DNA of 64,000 nt from a virus, in the IMG/VR virus record IMGVR_UViG_3300045988_137040. The stretch is one strand, 5' to 3'. Numbering within the stretch: position 1 is the first letter of the stretch; the number at the start of each line of letters is the position of its first letter. The notes beneath the pieces were generated by a model. It searched no databases and had not been told where the DNA came from. It worked only from the letters and a program-made list of their open reading frames with translations. Both the position numbers and the translations under genes were made by a program. Shown here one piece after another: positions 1 through 8,652 of the stretch.

Positions 1-13
1 AATAAACGCAATA

Positions 14-142
14 ATGAAATATGCTGGCTACGCCGAGCAACAACAAGTCTACGATTCTAATCTTCCTTTTGTCTTAGACATCCTAAACACCATGACGAAA
101 GAGGCAAAGGACATTGAAGAAATGAACGCGAAATATAAATAA
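14..142 (+). CDS. small ORF, 42 aa from the first ATG; the frame stays open to the window edge, so this may be the 3' end of a longer gene
   Basis: ATG at 14 and TAA at 140-142. Same strand as the next gene and tightly spaced with it. No motif recognised. Confidence 0.3.
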   Translation: MKYAGYAEQQQVYDSNLPFVLDILNTMTKEAKDIEEMNAKYK

Positions 143-161
143 ACTCATTAAATAAAACATT

Positions 162-533
162 ATGCAGAACTTTGGTATAAAGATTGATTTGCAGAAATTG
201 CGAAACGCCTTCCTGAGAGTTTTCAAGGGCAAGACTGCCACAAAGCGGTGTATCGTAATTCCCATAGACGACAACCCTGCCATTTTTCTGGGGGAGAAAG
301 GCTGCTATCTGAACCTCACTGCCATTGAGCTGGAGAACCCACAATATAAAGACACTCACTGTCTCCGTGGAAATATCCCTAACGAGATATTCCAAAAAAT
401 GACAGACGAACAGCGTAAAACGTTTCCCATCCTCGGCAACATGCGCCCTATAGCACCAAAAACACAGCAAGTCCAAGGCACTATTGACATGGACACACCA
501 GAAGGTCAACAAGACGACGACCTGCCATTTTAA
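162..533 (+). CDS. putative ssDNA-binding protein (non-canonical) with an SSB-type acidic C-terminal tip
   Basis: 123-aa ORF. The C-terminus ...EGQQDDDLPF matches the D-D-D-(I/L)-P-F tip that bacterial and phage SSBs use to recruit partner proteins. Confidence 0.5.
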   Translation: MQNFGIKIDLQKLRNAFLRVFKGKTATKRCIVIPIDDNPAIFLGEKGCYLNLTAIELENPQYKDTHCLRGNIPNEIFQKMTDEQRKTFPILGNMRPIAPKTQQVQGTIDMDTPEGQQDDDLPF

Positions 534-542
534 GCCAGAAAC

Positions 543-827
543 ATGAACAAGACTCCAATTTTTCAGCGATTTTGGGAAGCCTACGGCTTAAAGCGCGACC
601 GCTTTGCAGCTGAGCGTGCCTGGAATAGATTATCCGCAACCGATAAACGCAAGGCGATTTCAGCCATTCCAGACTACAATGCTGATTGTGCAAGACGTGG
701 AATCAATCGCATGTATGCACAAGGTTATCTCAGCCATCGCCGCTGGGAGGATGACTTCTCCACAGATGAGAGCGTATTAAAAAAATCCACGTTGGAGGCA
801 GCGAATGCCCCCATGGAATCATGGTAA
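543..827 (+). CDS. hypothetical protein (basic, W/R-rich)
   Basis: 94-aa ORF with a 9-nt gap after the upstream gene. No family assigned with confidence. Confidence 0.7.
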   Translation: MNKTPIFQRFWEAYGLKRDRFAAERAWNRLSATDKRKAISAIPDYNADCARRGINRMYAQGYLSHRRWEDDFSTDESVLKKSTLEAANAPMESW

Positions 828-1051
828 TTAAAACATCAAAAACTATGAAAACAGTAACAAAAACGACAATAAAAAGCGTGGCTGTTGTTCTTGCAGCCAT
901 AATCCTTCTCGCGACTGTCATCTCGATGCTCCCAGTGAAAGCTCTGCTTGCCATGATCATCGCAACGCAGTTCGTTACTATTGTTGCCCTTGGCGGCATT
1001 GTATCTGAGAATCTTAACTCTCATCATGAACAAAAAAAGCAAAATGCGTAA
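821..1051 (+). CDS. small membrane protein
   Basis: 76 aa. The long hydrophobic run VAVVLAAIILLATVISMLPVKALLAMIIATQFVTIVALGGIV suggests about 2 TM helices. 7-nt overlap with the upstream ORF. Confidence 0.6.
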   Translation: MVIKTSKTMKTVTKTTIKSVAVVLAAIILLATVISMLPVKALLAMIIATQFVTIVALGGIVSENLNSHHEQKKQNA

Positions 1052-1442
1052 AGGCAATGTCAAGCAGAATAAGAACGACTTGAAGCCATGGCTCGCCTTG
1101 TTAAAAATGCTTAGAGCTTATGTGACGCTCGGTTATCTTCAAATGGACATTGTCAAACATGAGGTGTATGTCACACAGCCCGCTCTTCACGCATTAAGTA
1201 AAGGCTGCGACCCAAAGGAGCAAATCAAAAACGGTAGCGTCATTACAACTGCCATACACATTCGAAGCTATGCCGCGTGGCTATCAGGCGAGGGCAAGGC
1301 TTATCAGCAAGCAAACTTTGCTGTCCACGTAGTCAAGCCCGACGAGCCACATGACTTGATATATACTCTCGTGTTCACGCAGAAGTTGCGATTTTTCAAA
1401 AGGAGAGACACAGTTAACGTAATAATTTACCCAAAGAAATGA
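1026..1442 (+). CDS. hypothetical protein
   Basis: The track ORF is 981..1442. The ATG at 1026 (MNKKSKMRKG...) minimises overlap with the membrane ORF. Confidence 0.65.
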   Translation: MNKKSKMRKGNVKQNKNDLKPWLALLKMLRAYVTLGYLQMDIVKHEVYVTQPALHALSKGCDPKEQIKNGSVITTAIHIRSYAAWLSGEGKAYQQANFAVHVVKPDEPHDLIYTLVFTQKLRFFKRRDTVNVIIYPKK

Positions 1443-1966
1443 GGCAACACCCTGATATAATCAGAACCGAAGCAAGCAATCCGTTTAAAACACTGATTGT
1501 GCGGACAAACGTGGATCCTGAGAACCCAAATATAATTGTTCAAGGGCCCTTTTTTCGGGTTTGTGGAGATAGAAAACGCATTCCACTTAACGACTATTAT
1601 AAGCACGGGTATGAGTCTCTTCGCGAGTTCAGCGAAGCCACCGTCGCGCTCATTAATCGGTGGCGCAACCGCGAGGGAGAATGTATAGAAAAGCGCCTAT
1701 TCCATGGCTTAGACACTATTGATGACAGTCTAACTATCTTGCGTCTTCGCTTTCACGACACTCCGGGCTGCCGTCCTGACGAAGCGTGGATACCAAGTTT
1801 TCTCGCTGTCCCTATTCCTATTCCCGAATATGCTAAATGGCAGACATTGACACCTTACGAACAAACGATGAAAGAGCTCATGGACTTCATAATGCACGGC
1901 AAAGATAAAGAATATGACAGGCATCATAGACAAGAAAACAAAATAGTTCAACGATTAAAAAAATAA
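1439..1966 (+). CDS. hypothetical protein
   Basis: 175-aa ORF. ATGA start/stop overlap with the upstream gene. Confidence 0.75.
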   Translation: MRQHPDIIRTEASNPFKTLIVRTNVDPENPNIIVQGPFFRVCGDRKRIPLNDYYKHGYESLREFSEATVALINRWRNREGECIEKRLFHGLDTIDDSLTILRLRFHDTPGCRPDEAWIPSFLAVPIPIPEYAKWQTLTPYEQTMKELMDFIMHGKDKEYDRHHRQENKIVQRLKK

Positions 1967-1975
1967 ACAAAAGCT

Positions 1976-2476
1976 ATGAAAACAAAGACAAGTAAGTGGT
2001 TTGAAACCAAGATCCAGTTTGACAAGACTCAGAAAGACGGAACACAGAAAAAAGTGACGGAACAGTATGTTGTCGAAGCAATAAGCTTCACCGAAGCAGA
2101 GGCAAAGATTATCGCCGAGACAAAAGACTGTGTGTCGGGTGATTACAGCGTCAAGAATATCACCCCTGCCAACTATCACGAGATATTCTTCGCGGAAAAC
2201 AACAAGGACGACAAGTGGTACAAGGCCAAGCTCCAGTTTATCACCATCGACGAGAAGACGGAGAAAGAGAAGCGCCAGAACGTCTGCTACCTTGTTCAAG
2301 GCAGCTCCACTGAGTGCGCGCAAAAGAACATCAAAGAGATCATGAACGGCACGGTGATAGATTACGTGGTTGTAAGCATCGTCGAGACGAACATCATTGA
2401 TGTCTTTGAGCATGAAGCTGGAAAGAGCAACGAGACTCCGAAAAAGGGAACCGGAACTATAGATGAGTTTGAATAA
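1976..2476 (+). CDS. DUF4494-like protein
   Basis: The N-terminus WFETKIQFDKTQKDGTQKKVTEQYVVEAISFTEAEAKII matches my recollection of the Bacteroidota DUF4494 signature. Confidence 0.65.
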   Translation: MKTKTSKWFETKIQFDKTQKDGTQKKVTEQYVVEAISFTEAEAKIIAETKDCVSGDYSVKNITPANYHEIFFAENNKDDKWYKAKLQFITIDEKTEKEKRQNVCYLVQGSSTECAQKNIKEIMNGTVIDYVVVSIVETNIIDVFEHEAGKSNETPKKGTGTIDEFE

Positions 2477-3240
2477 TGGCTAAGCTGACCGGTGAAGAGC
2501 GCAAGCGCATATTGGCGAAAATCAAAAAGCTCCTGGCCCTAAAAGAGGGAGCCGAGAAGATTGGCAGTGAGGGCGAAGCCTATGCTGCCGCCAGTGGCGT
2601 ACATAGACTGCTGACTGAATACAACTTGTCGATGGCGGATGTCATGGGCGAGGACGGAGAGCGCAAAGGACCGAAGATTGAAGAATCGGATGGCATCTCA
2701 TACGCAAGTCACTTCGGACTATGGAAGCAGAAGCTGATGGGGATCATCTGCCGATACAACTATTGCCAGTCTATCATATCGCCACAAACCAAGCAGGTGG
2801 TTATTGTAGGGCAGGAAGACAATATCGCGGTATGCCACCAGCTCTACGACTACCTTGTCAAGGCTTTTGTGCGGTTGGCCAAAGAGAAGTTTCTGAATTA
2901 CTACGCAATTCACGATATGCCATTGTCGGTGGCACGCATACAAATAGGTGAAAAGGAGGTCCAAGGGTTCTTTCATTCTTACTACATCGGTGTGGACCAA
3001 GGACTGATAGAGAACTTCGAGTCGCGCCAGCCTACCTCTGATGAGCGTGCGCTCGTGGTGACACACAAGACGGCCATTGACGACTATCTGAAGAAGTTGA
3101 ATATCAAACAGAGACGTGGTTCTGTCAACTACGGTAGGCTGGACGGCAATGCCCTCATGGAGGGCTATCGCGACGGAAAGAACATCAATCTCGACCGTCA
3201 GATTGGGGGCAGTGAAAATCTAAAGATCGGAAGACAATGA
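2476..3240 (+). CDS. DUF2786-like protein
   Basis: The N-terminus RKRILAKIKKLLALKEGAEKIGSEGEAYAAASGVHRLLTEYNL is the DUF2786-type helical motif common in phages. 1-nt overlap (TAATG) with the upstream gene. Confidence 0.6.
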   Translation: MAKLTGEERKRILAKIKKLLALKEGAEKIGSEGEAYAAASGVHRLLTEYNLSMADVMGEDGERKGPKIEESDGISYASHFGLWKQKLMGIICRYNYCQSIISPQTKQVVIVGQEDNIAVCHQLYDYLVKAFVRLAKEKFLNYYAIHDMPLSVARIQIGEKEVQGFFHSYYIGVDQGLIENFESRQPTSDERALVVTHKTAIDDYLKKLNIKQRRGSVNYGRLDGNALMEGYRDGKNINLDRQIGGSENLKIGRQ

Positions 3241-4070
3241 GCAACAAATGTATCTATCAGCCGTCGGGAGCCGCAAGGGAATACGGAGCATGGGCGTGCA
3301 ATCTCTACAACGGATGCACGCACCAGTGCCAATATTGCTATTGCCGTCGTGGGGCGTGGAAAAACGTCCTCGGCGTGGACAAGCCCGTATTGAAGGCGAC
3401 GGTTGGGAGCAACGAGGAAGAAGCCTTCCTGACCTTTCGCCGGGAGCTGCTGCAACACCGGGAAGAGATTCTCGAAGCGGGCACAGGGCTCTTCTTCTCC
3501 TTCTCTACCGACCCGATGCAACGGGAGGAGATTGCGCTGACGATGCGGTGTGTGCAGGAGTGCATGATAGAGCAGGTGCCCGTGCAGATTCTCACCAAGG
3601 CTACATGGTGGACGAGGGCCGGCAACACGATGGAGGGCGACTATCTGCGACAACTCGTGGCATGGAGAAACAAGATTACCATCGGTGTCACGCTCACGGG
3701 TCACGACGAGCTGGAGCCGGGTGCGCCATCCAACAAGGAGCGCATCATCCTGCTCAACCATCTGCTGCACTGCAAGATTAAAACCTTTGTGAGCTTGGAG
3801 CCCATCGTCGATTTCGAGAGTGCCTTGAAGATAATCCTCGGCACGCTGAACGTCACGGCGGAGTACCGCATCGGCCTGATGTCGCCATACAAGAAAGATC
3901 GCTACGACCACAGGCAGTTCGAGCGGTTCGCCAAGAAAGTTACTGAATTGTCGCGCAAGTATGGATTCACCGTCAAGTGGAAAAAGAGCGCCCTGCGGTT
4001 CTATGAGGAGGGGCTGCCACTCTTGAAACTGATTCAAGATGCACACAGACAGCATCATGGAGGTGTATAA
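3237..4070 (+). CDS. radical SAM protein (SplB / DNA-photolyase-like COG1533 type)
   Basis: The CX3CX2C cluster NGCTHQCQYCYC lies near the N-terminus. ATGA overlap with the upstream gene. Confidence 0.7.
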   Translation: MSNKCIYQPSGAAREYGAWACNLYNGCTHQCQYCYCRRGAWKNVLGVDKPVLKATVGSNEEEAFLTFRRELLQHREEILEAGTGLFFSFSTDPMQREEIALTMRCVQECMIEQVPVQILTKATWWTRAGNTMEGDYLRQLVAWRNKITIGVTLTGHDELEPGAPSNKERIILLNHLLHCKIKTFVSLEPIVDFESALKIILGTLNVTAEYRIGLMSPYKKDRYDHRQFERFAKKVTELSRKYGFTVKWKKSALRFYEEGLPLLKLIQDAHRQHHGGV

Positions 4071-4102
4071 CATCAACAAGAACTATTCAAGAATAACGAG
4101 CT

Positions 4103-4321
4103 ATGAATGAGTATCAGCCTAAGTGCGACTCTTGCGTCGATGCCTACAGTAGTGAGTGCCACTGCCAAAAGAGTGTGTATTACGGGATGGCTTTAGAGCA
4201 AATCCATTGGGACGGGTGCCCCTGTTTCCTATCGCAACGTAAATGGAGTGTGCATGACAAGCCCAAGAGGAAGCGCAGAAAGAAATACCCGAGCATGGAG
4301 GAATTTGAGTTCGGGGTGTAA
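4103..4321 (+). CDS. small Cys-rich protein
   Basis: 72 aa with C8, C11, C19, C21, C39 and C41, and a basic tail KPKRKRRKK. Possible zinc-binding protein. Confidence 0.55.
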   Translation: MNEYQPKCDSCVDAYSSECHCQKSVYYGMALEQIHWDGCPCFLSQRKWSVHDKPKRKRRKKYPSMEEFEFGV

Positions 4322-4338
4322 CTTAAAACTATTCGACT

Positions 4339-4797
4339 ATGGGAAAGAATAACGAAAAGCAATTCACCATCACCCTCAGCGAGCGTCAGCTCAAGCTCCT
4401 TGCCTACGCTTGCAGGGTGACAGACCGCTTGATTATTGGCCAGCTCGACTTCTCGCTTCAAGAGTGCTGCGAGGCGGCATTTGAGAAGCTTCATAAGAAC
4501 GACAAAGCCGGAAAGATAGGCAGCGACGAGTGGAATCTCATGCGGTTCCTGGTTACACAGGCGATACAAACGCTTCGCAAACTGTGCTGGGGCGTGGAAT
4601 ATGGAGAGAATCACGGAATCTATTACGACAAGACCGCTGACGTCCTTTTCGACATGCAAAAGGTCATGGAGCACGCTCTATGGCTGGAGGAAGACCCGGA
4701 AAAGCGGTCAAACTGGACCAACGACGCTTTTGAGCACACAAGCCCCATCGGGAACGAAAGGAACATTAAGGTAAAGAAATCACAGAGAACCTGTTAA
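4339..4797 (+). CDS. hypothetical protein
   Basis: 152-aa ORF on the operon strand. Confidence 0.7.
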   Translation: MGKNNEKQFTITLSERQLKLLAYACRVTDRLIIGQLDFSLQECCEAAFEKLHKNDKAGKIGSDEWNLMRFLVTQAIQTLRKLCWGVEYGENHGIYYDKTADVLFDMQKVMEHALWLEEDPEKRSNWTNDAFEHTSPIGNERNIKVKKSQRTC

Positions 4798-4841
4798 TAA
4801 ACCACTAAGCCCTATCGCAGCACGGTTAAGCGATTTGTTTT

Positions 4842-5051
4842 ATGTTATACGATGTTATTACGAATCATGGCTATGTTATAGCCCATAATGTGATGTTAGG
4901 CAAAGCAAAACAATTTTTGCGCGCATATTATAAGGGGTACAGCAGTAACCCAGCTTTTGCGGGTCATTTAGTCGGCTGGATGGCCTATGGTTCTATGTGT
5001 GGTGGTGAGCCGTATGTGGTTGCCCATATTGAGCTGTCAAAAAATGTTTAA
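4842..5051 (+). CDS. hypothetical small protein
   Basis: 69-aa ORF. It is preceded by a conserved 24-bp intergenic box (4807-4832). Confidence 0.5.
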   Translation: MLYDVITNHGYVIAHNVMLGKAKQFLRAYYKGYSSNPAFAGHLVGWMAYGSMCGGEPYVVAHIELSKNV

Positions 5052-5089
5052 TCTATTAGCCCTATCGAAGCACGGTTAATCGGATAAAA

Positions 5090-5239
5090 ATGAATGAAAA
5101 GACTATTCGCGAAGCATTTGACCTCGTAGAGAAGTTATCAGAGATTGAGCAGGCGTTGGTAGGTCGCCAATATGATGTTGAGTACAATGAGTGGATGAAG
5201 AAAGCAGGCTTGGAAGACCTGATGATTAAAATCGATTAG
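5090..5239 (+). CDS. hypothetical small protein (49 aa, below the ORF-track cutoff)
   Basis: ATG at 5090 and TAG at 5237-5239. It is preceded by the second copy of the 24-bp box (5057-5082). Confidence 0.4.
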   Translation: MNEKTIREAFDLVEKLSEIEQALVGRQYDVEYNEWMKKAGLEDLMIKID

Positions 5240-5318
5240 CGTTATGAATTTGGCTAAAAGCGTTATGAATTTGGCTAAAAGCGTTATGATTTAGTATTAA
5301 AGCGTTATTAATATGACC
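5239..5318. repeat. 21-bp direct repeat, about 3.8 copies (GCGTTATGAATTTGGCTAAAA)
   Basis: Two perfect copies at 5239-5259 and 5260-5280, followed by two degenerate copies. Intergenic, about 130 bp upstream of the MazG-like gene. Confidence 0.85.
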
Positions 5319-5449
5319 ATTTATGAACAGATGTTAGGCTATATCCGCCGCGAGCCTTTCGTGGTTTGCCGTATAAAGCGTGTTAAGATTTAGAAAATAA
5401 TTACGCTTGGAGTGATGATTTTGTATATAATATTTTTGGATAAAAAAGT

Positions 5450-6025
5450 ATGGACACAGAAAAATTAAACGCGCTGAAAGAACAGGCGTACAAGACGGCC
5501 GTTGAGCACGGCTTTCATGAGGACGTCAAACCCGACGTTTTCTATCTCGGACTCGTTATGAGCGAGGCAGGAGAGGCCATTAACGCAGACCGAAAAGGAC
5601 TGCACGCCGACACCAAGGCTTTCGAGGAGGACGAGGCGAATGGACTTCCATTTGCTGATAACTCCAAAAAGCATATTAAAGACAGTGTTGAAGATGAAAT
5701 CGCGGATATAGTTATCCGCCTACTGGACCTTGCAGGGTTGAAAGGGTATGAATTGAGCTTTATCTCATATTATCAGCAAAATAATCATGTTTTTTTACGG
5801 GAATTAAAAGAGTGCGGGTTGTCTGGTGTTCTTTTTCAGCTTATGGGGAGTCTTAGTGATGCTTTGGATGAAAATTGTACTGGTCAGGGTATCATTGCTC
5901 TCCTCAGTGTCTTTTCCGACTGCTTCGGGATGTTCACAGGCTGCGAAAAAGATTTGTGGTGGTTCGTGGAGAAGAAGATGCGATTCAACAAGCAAAGACC
6001 GATGTTGAACGGTAAGAAATACTAA
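5450..6025 (+). CDS. MazG-like nucleoside triphosphate pyrophosphohydrolase
   Basis: SEAGEAINADRKG ... VEDEIADIVIRLLDLAG is the EXXE...EXXD all-alpha NTP-PPase pattern. Confidence 0.65.
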   Translation: MDTEKLNALKEQAYKTAVEHGFHEDVKPDVFYLGLVMSEAGEAINADRKGLHADTKAFEEDEANGLPFADNSKKHIKDSVEDEIADIVIRLLDLAGLKGYELSFISYYQQNNHVFLRELKECGLSGVLFQLMGSLSDALDENCTGQGIIALLSVFSDCFGMFTGCEKDLWWFVEKKMRFNKQRPMLNGKKY

Positions 6026-6037
6026 AGTAAAGAAAAT

Positions 6038-6877
6038 ATGGAACTTATAGAACCAGAGGTAGAGCTTCTGAGTGAGTTAGACATCACTCCAGAATCACAC
6101 ATAGCAAGATGCGCACGCGTCTGTTACGGTCGTGAATACAAAGAGCCTAATCAGGCAGCTGATAAGAAGCTGGTGGAAGGCCTTATCAATAGAGGACACC
6201 TGTCAATGCTTAGACATGCAAGTATGTATCTTAGTCACACAGAGGATATTTTCCGAATTGCAACGCACATTGCAAACTCCTGTTACTGGAACTATGACGT
6301 GCTCGGATATGCGTCTACAAATCTTCAAGAGTTTACGCAAAGTGGAGTTGACAAAGAACAAGTAGTTACACTTATTGGCAATAAGCAATTCTTAGAGGAC
6401 TGTGCAAAGCATCCAAGACTCTTTGAGCTTTACAGACTTACTTTCTGTATCACGACTCAGATAAGCACATCAAGAGAGCTGAACAGAGTGTCCCCTAACA
6501 ATATCGCAGAGCGTAGCACGCGCTTTTGCTCTGCGAAGGGAGGCTTGGCGATATGCAGGCCTTGGTGGATAAAAAGCCCAATAGAAGATGCTGTCAGTGT
6601 CCTATCGTATTATAATCTGGCATGTGAAGCAGAGAAGACCTACATGACCCTTCTTCTCAGAGGCATGAAACCAGAGAACGCAAGAGGTGTTCTTCCCTTA
6701 GACACTGCCACCAAGGTTATCTACACCTACTCCGTCCAAGAGTGGCAGCACATCTTGGACCTCAGGCTCTACGACAAGACCGGCAAAGCCCATCCCAACT
6801 GTCACGTGGTCATGCAGATGGTTAAAGACCAGATTAACAGCTTTGCCAATGAACATAACATAGATTATCAAGTGTAA
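6038..6877 (+). CDS. divergent ThyX-like (flavin-dependent thymidylate synthase family) protein
   Basis: ARVCYG, RGHLSMLRH (compare GHxSvlEH) and ARGVLPLDTATKVIYTYSVQEWQHILDLR fit ThyX. The RHRxxSxxxxSxRY signature reads RVSPNNIAERSTRF. Confidence 0.55.
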   Translation: MELIEPEVELLSELDITPESHIARCARVCYGREYKEPNQAADKKLVEGLINRGHLSMLRHASMYLSHTEDIFRIATHIANSCYWNYDVLGYASTNLQEFTQSGVDKEQVVTLIGNKQFLEDCAKHPRLFELYRLTFCITTQISTSRELNRVSPNNIAERSTRFCSAKGGLAICRPWWIKSPIEDAVSVLSYYNLACEAEKTYMTLLLRGMKPENARGVLPLDTATKVIYTYSVQEWQHILDLRLYDKTGKAHPNCHVVMQMVKDQINSFANEHNIDYQV

Positions 6878-6885
6878 TTAGTTAT

Positions 6886-7350
6886 ATGAATAAGAATTTG
6901 AATCTTGCAGAGATACTAAAAGATGCTCCGAAGGGAACAAAACTGTGGTCTCCTTTCTGTGGAGAGTGTGAGCTGGTAGCAGTAGAAGGAAATTATACTT
7001 ACCCAATTTTGTGCAAAGCAAGTGATGGAAAAGAAATATATTTTACTAAACTTGGTGAATACTACGATGCTCTCTTCAAAAATGGAGAGTGTGATTTGTT
7101 CCCTTCCAAGGAGAACAGAGACTGGTCTACATTCAATGTCTCTGAGGGACATAAGCACTTTGTTCCCTTCCAAAGAGTACTGTGCGCATGCGACCATGAC
7201 TATGGCTATAAAATATGGGTTGCCGACGTCTATAGCCATTATGATGAATCTACCGGCAAACATTATCTTGTTAGTGGATATGTAGGTAATGATAATGAGG
7301 TCATTCCCTACGAGGGTAATGAAGATAAGCTTGGTAAAAGCGTAAAGTAA
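6886..7350 (+). CDS. hypothetical protein
   Basis: 154-aa ORF on the operon strand. Confidence 0.7.
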   Translation: MNKNLNLAEILKDAPKGTKLWSPFCGECELVAVEGNYTYPILCKASDGKEIYFTKLGEYYDALFKNGECDLFPSKENRDWSTFNVSEGHKHFVPFQRVLCACDHDYGYKIWVADVYSHYDESTGKHYLVSGYVGNDNEVIPYEGNEDKLGKSVK

Positions 7351-7376
7351 CAACTTCCAACAATACGCAAAACAAC

Positions 7377-8276
7377 ATGACAAAGAAACAGCAAAGCATC
7401 AACACAAGACCCACCTCTCGCATCCGGCTGACAGTCTCTCAAAACACCGAGGACGAATACGACAAGTGGCTGCAAGCCGTCGTGCAAGCTTCCTCTCTTG
7501 TCAAGCTCATCGACGGCTGCGCCAACAACGCGGCGTGGGCGGCGTGCCTCGACGCTTACGATTACCTAATGCCCTTGCCTCGCTTCCGTCAGCAGGTAAA
7601 AGGAGGTGATACCGCTGGCTATGGCTACAAACGAGCGTTCAAGGCATTCAAAAACTACCAGCGCAACCTTATCTACACCTCCTCAAACCGCTTCTTCCAC
7701 GTCGCCGACATGACCGAGGAGACACGTAGCTTTTACGCTAAGGACATGACTGATGAACAGTACTACGACTTCTGGGCATCCTTCGGCTTCAAGGCGTATC
7801 AAGACAACAAGTCATTCCTCACCTGTCTTATCAACAAGCTCCGCATCGTCTACGAGAAGAACGGCATCCGAAACGCCGAGGCCGCGGCGTGGAGCATGGG
7901 AGCCTACATGTCACTCAACGTGGCCACCGAGTGCCACGCCGACGCTACTAAGGCCGTGGCGAGGCAATGGGGAGGCCGGCTATCCGAATGGCAAAGCCTC
8001 TTCCGCGCCTTCGACCTCACAGCAGTGGAAAAACTGTGGGGCAGCGCGCACAAGGACTTCTTCCCAGAGCTCGCGCGTGTGGAGTTCACCGACGATGAGT
8101 TCGAGAACATCAAAATGTCATTCAACCAATGGGCCGAACGCCTCGTCCGTGGCAAGACGCTCATCAACAGCCGTGTCGCCACCGTCAACGACTTCGCCGA
8201 CGACATCTTCCGCACCAAGGGTTGCGCCAAGAAAGCCATCCGCGAGCTCACCGACTCCGAGCTTAACGAGATGTAA
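7377..8276 (+). CDS. hypothetical protein
   Basis: 299-aa ORF. The overlapping alternative-frame ORFs are low-complexity. Confidence 0.75.
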   Translation: MTKKQQSINTRPTSRIRLTVSQNTEDEYDKWLQAVVQASSLVKLIDGCANNAAWAACLDAYDYLMPLPRFRQQVKGGDTAGYGYKRAFKAFKNYQRNLIYTSSNRFFHVADMTEETRSFYAKDMTDEQYYDFWASFGFKAYQDNKSFLTCLINKLRIVYEKNGIRNAEAAAWSMGAYMSLNVATECHADATKAVARQWGGRLSEWQSLFRAFDLTAVEKLWGSAHKDFFPELARVEFTDDEFENIKMSFNQWAERLVRGKTLINSRVATVNDFADDIFRTKGCAKKAIRELTDSELNEM

Positions 8277-8361
8277 CCACACCGCCCAATGTGCCCCCAA
8301 CGCCCATTGAGCCTAAAAAAATTTACAATCAACATAATCAACTCACAAAACAACAACAATC

Positions 8362-8652
8362 ATGTATCAAGACATTCTCAACAAGAAGTGCATCGTGCGA
8401 AGCTATGATGCTGGTGTGTATTTCGGGACCGTCACAGAGGTCAATAACGACATCGTGCGCGTGGAGAACGTGCGCAACATCTGGATGTGGAAGGGCGCAT
8501 CTTGCCTCTCTCAAATCGCCAACGATGGCATCAAAGACGGCCATGTCAGCCCCGTGGTGGCTTCCATGGTGCTTAACCGCTGTTGTCAGATAATTCCTTG
8601 CACGGACAAGGCTATTGACAATCTTGAAAAAATCGAGGTATGGAAGTATTAA
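8362..8652 (+). CDS. hypothetical protein
   Basis: 96-aa ORF. Confidence 0.65.
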   Translation: MYQDILNKKCIVRSYDAGVYFGTVTEVNNDIVRVENVRNIWMWKGASCLSQIANDGIKDGHVSPVVASMVLNRCCQIIPCTDKAIDNLEKIEVWKY

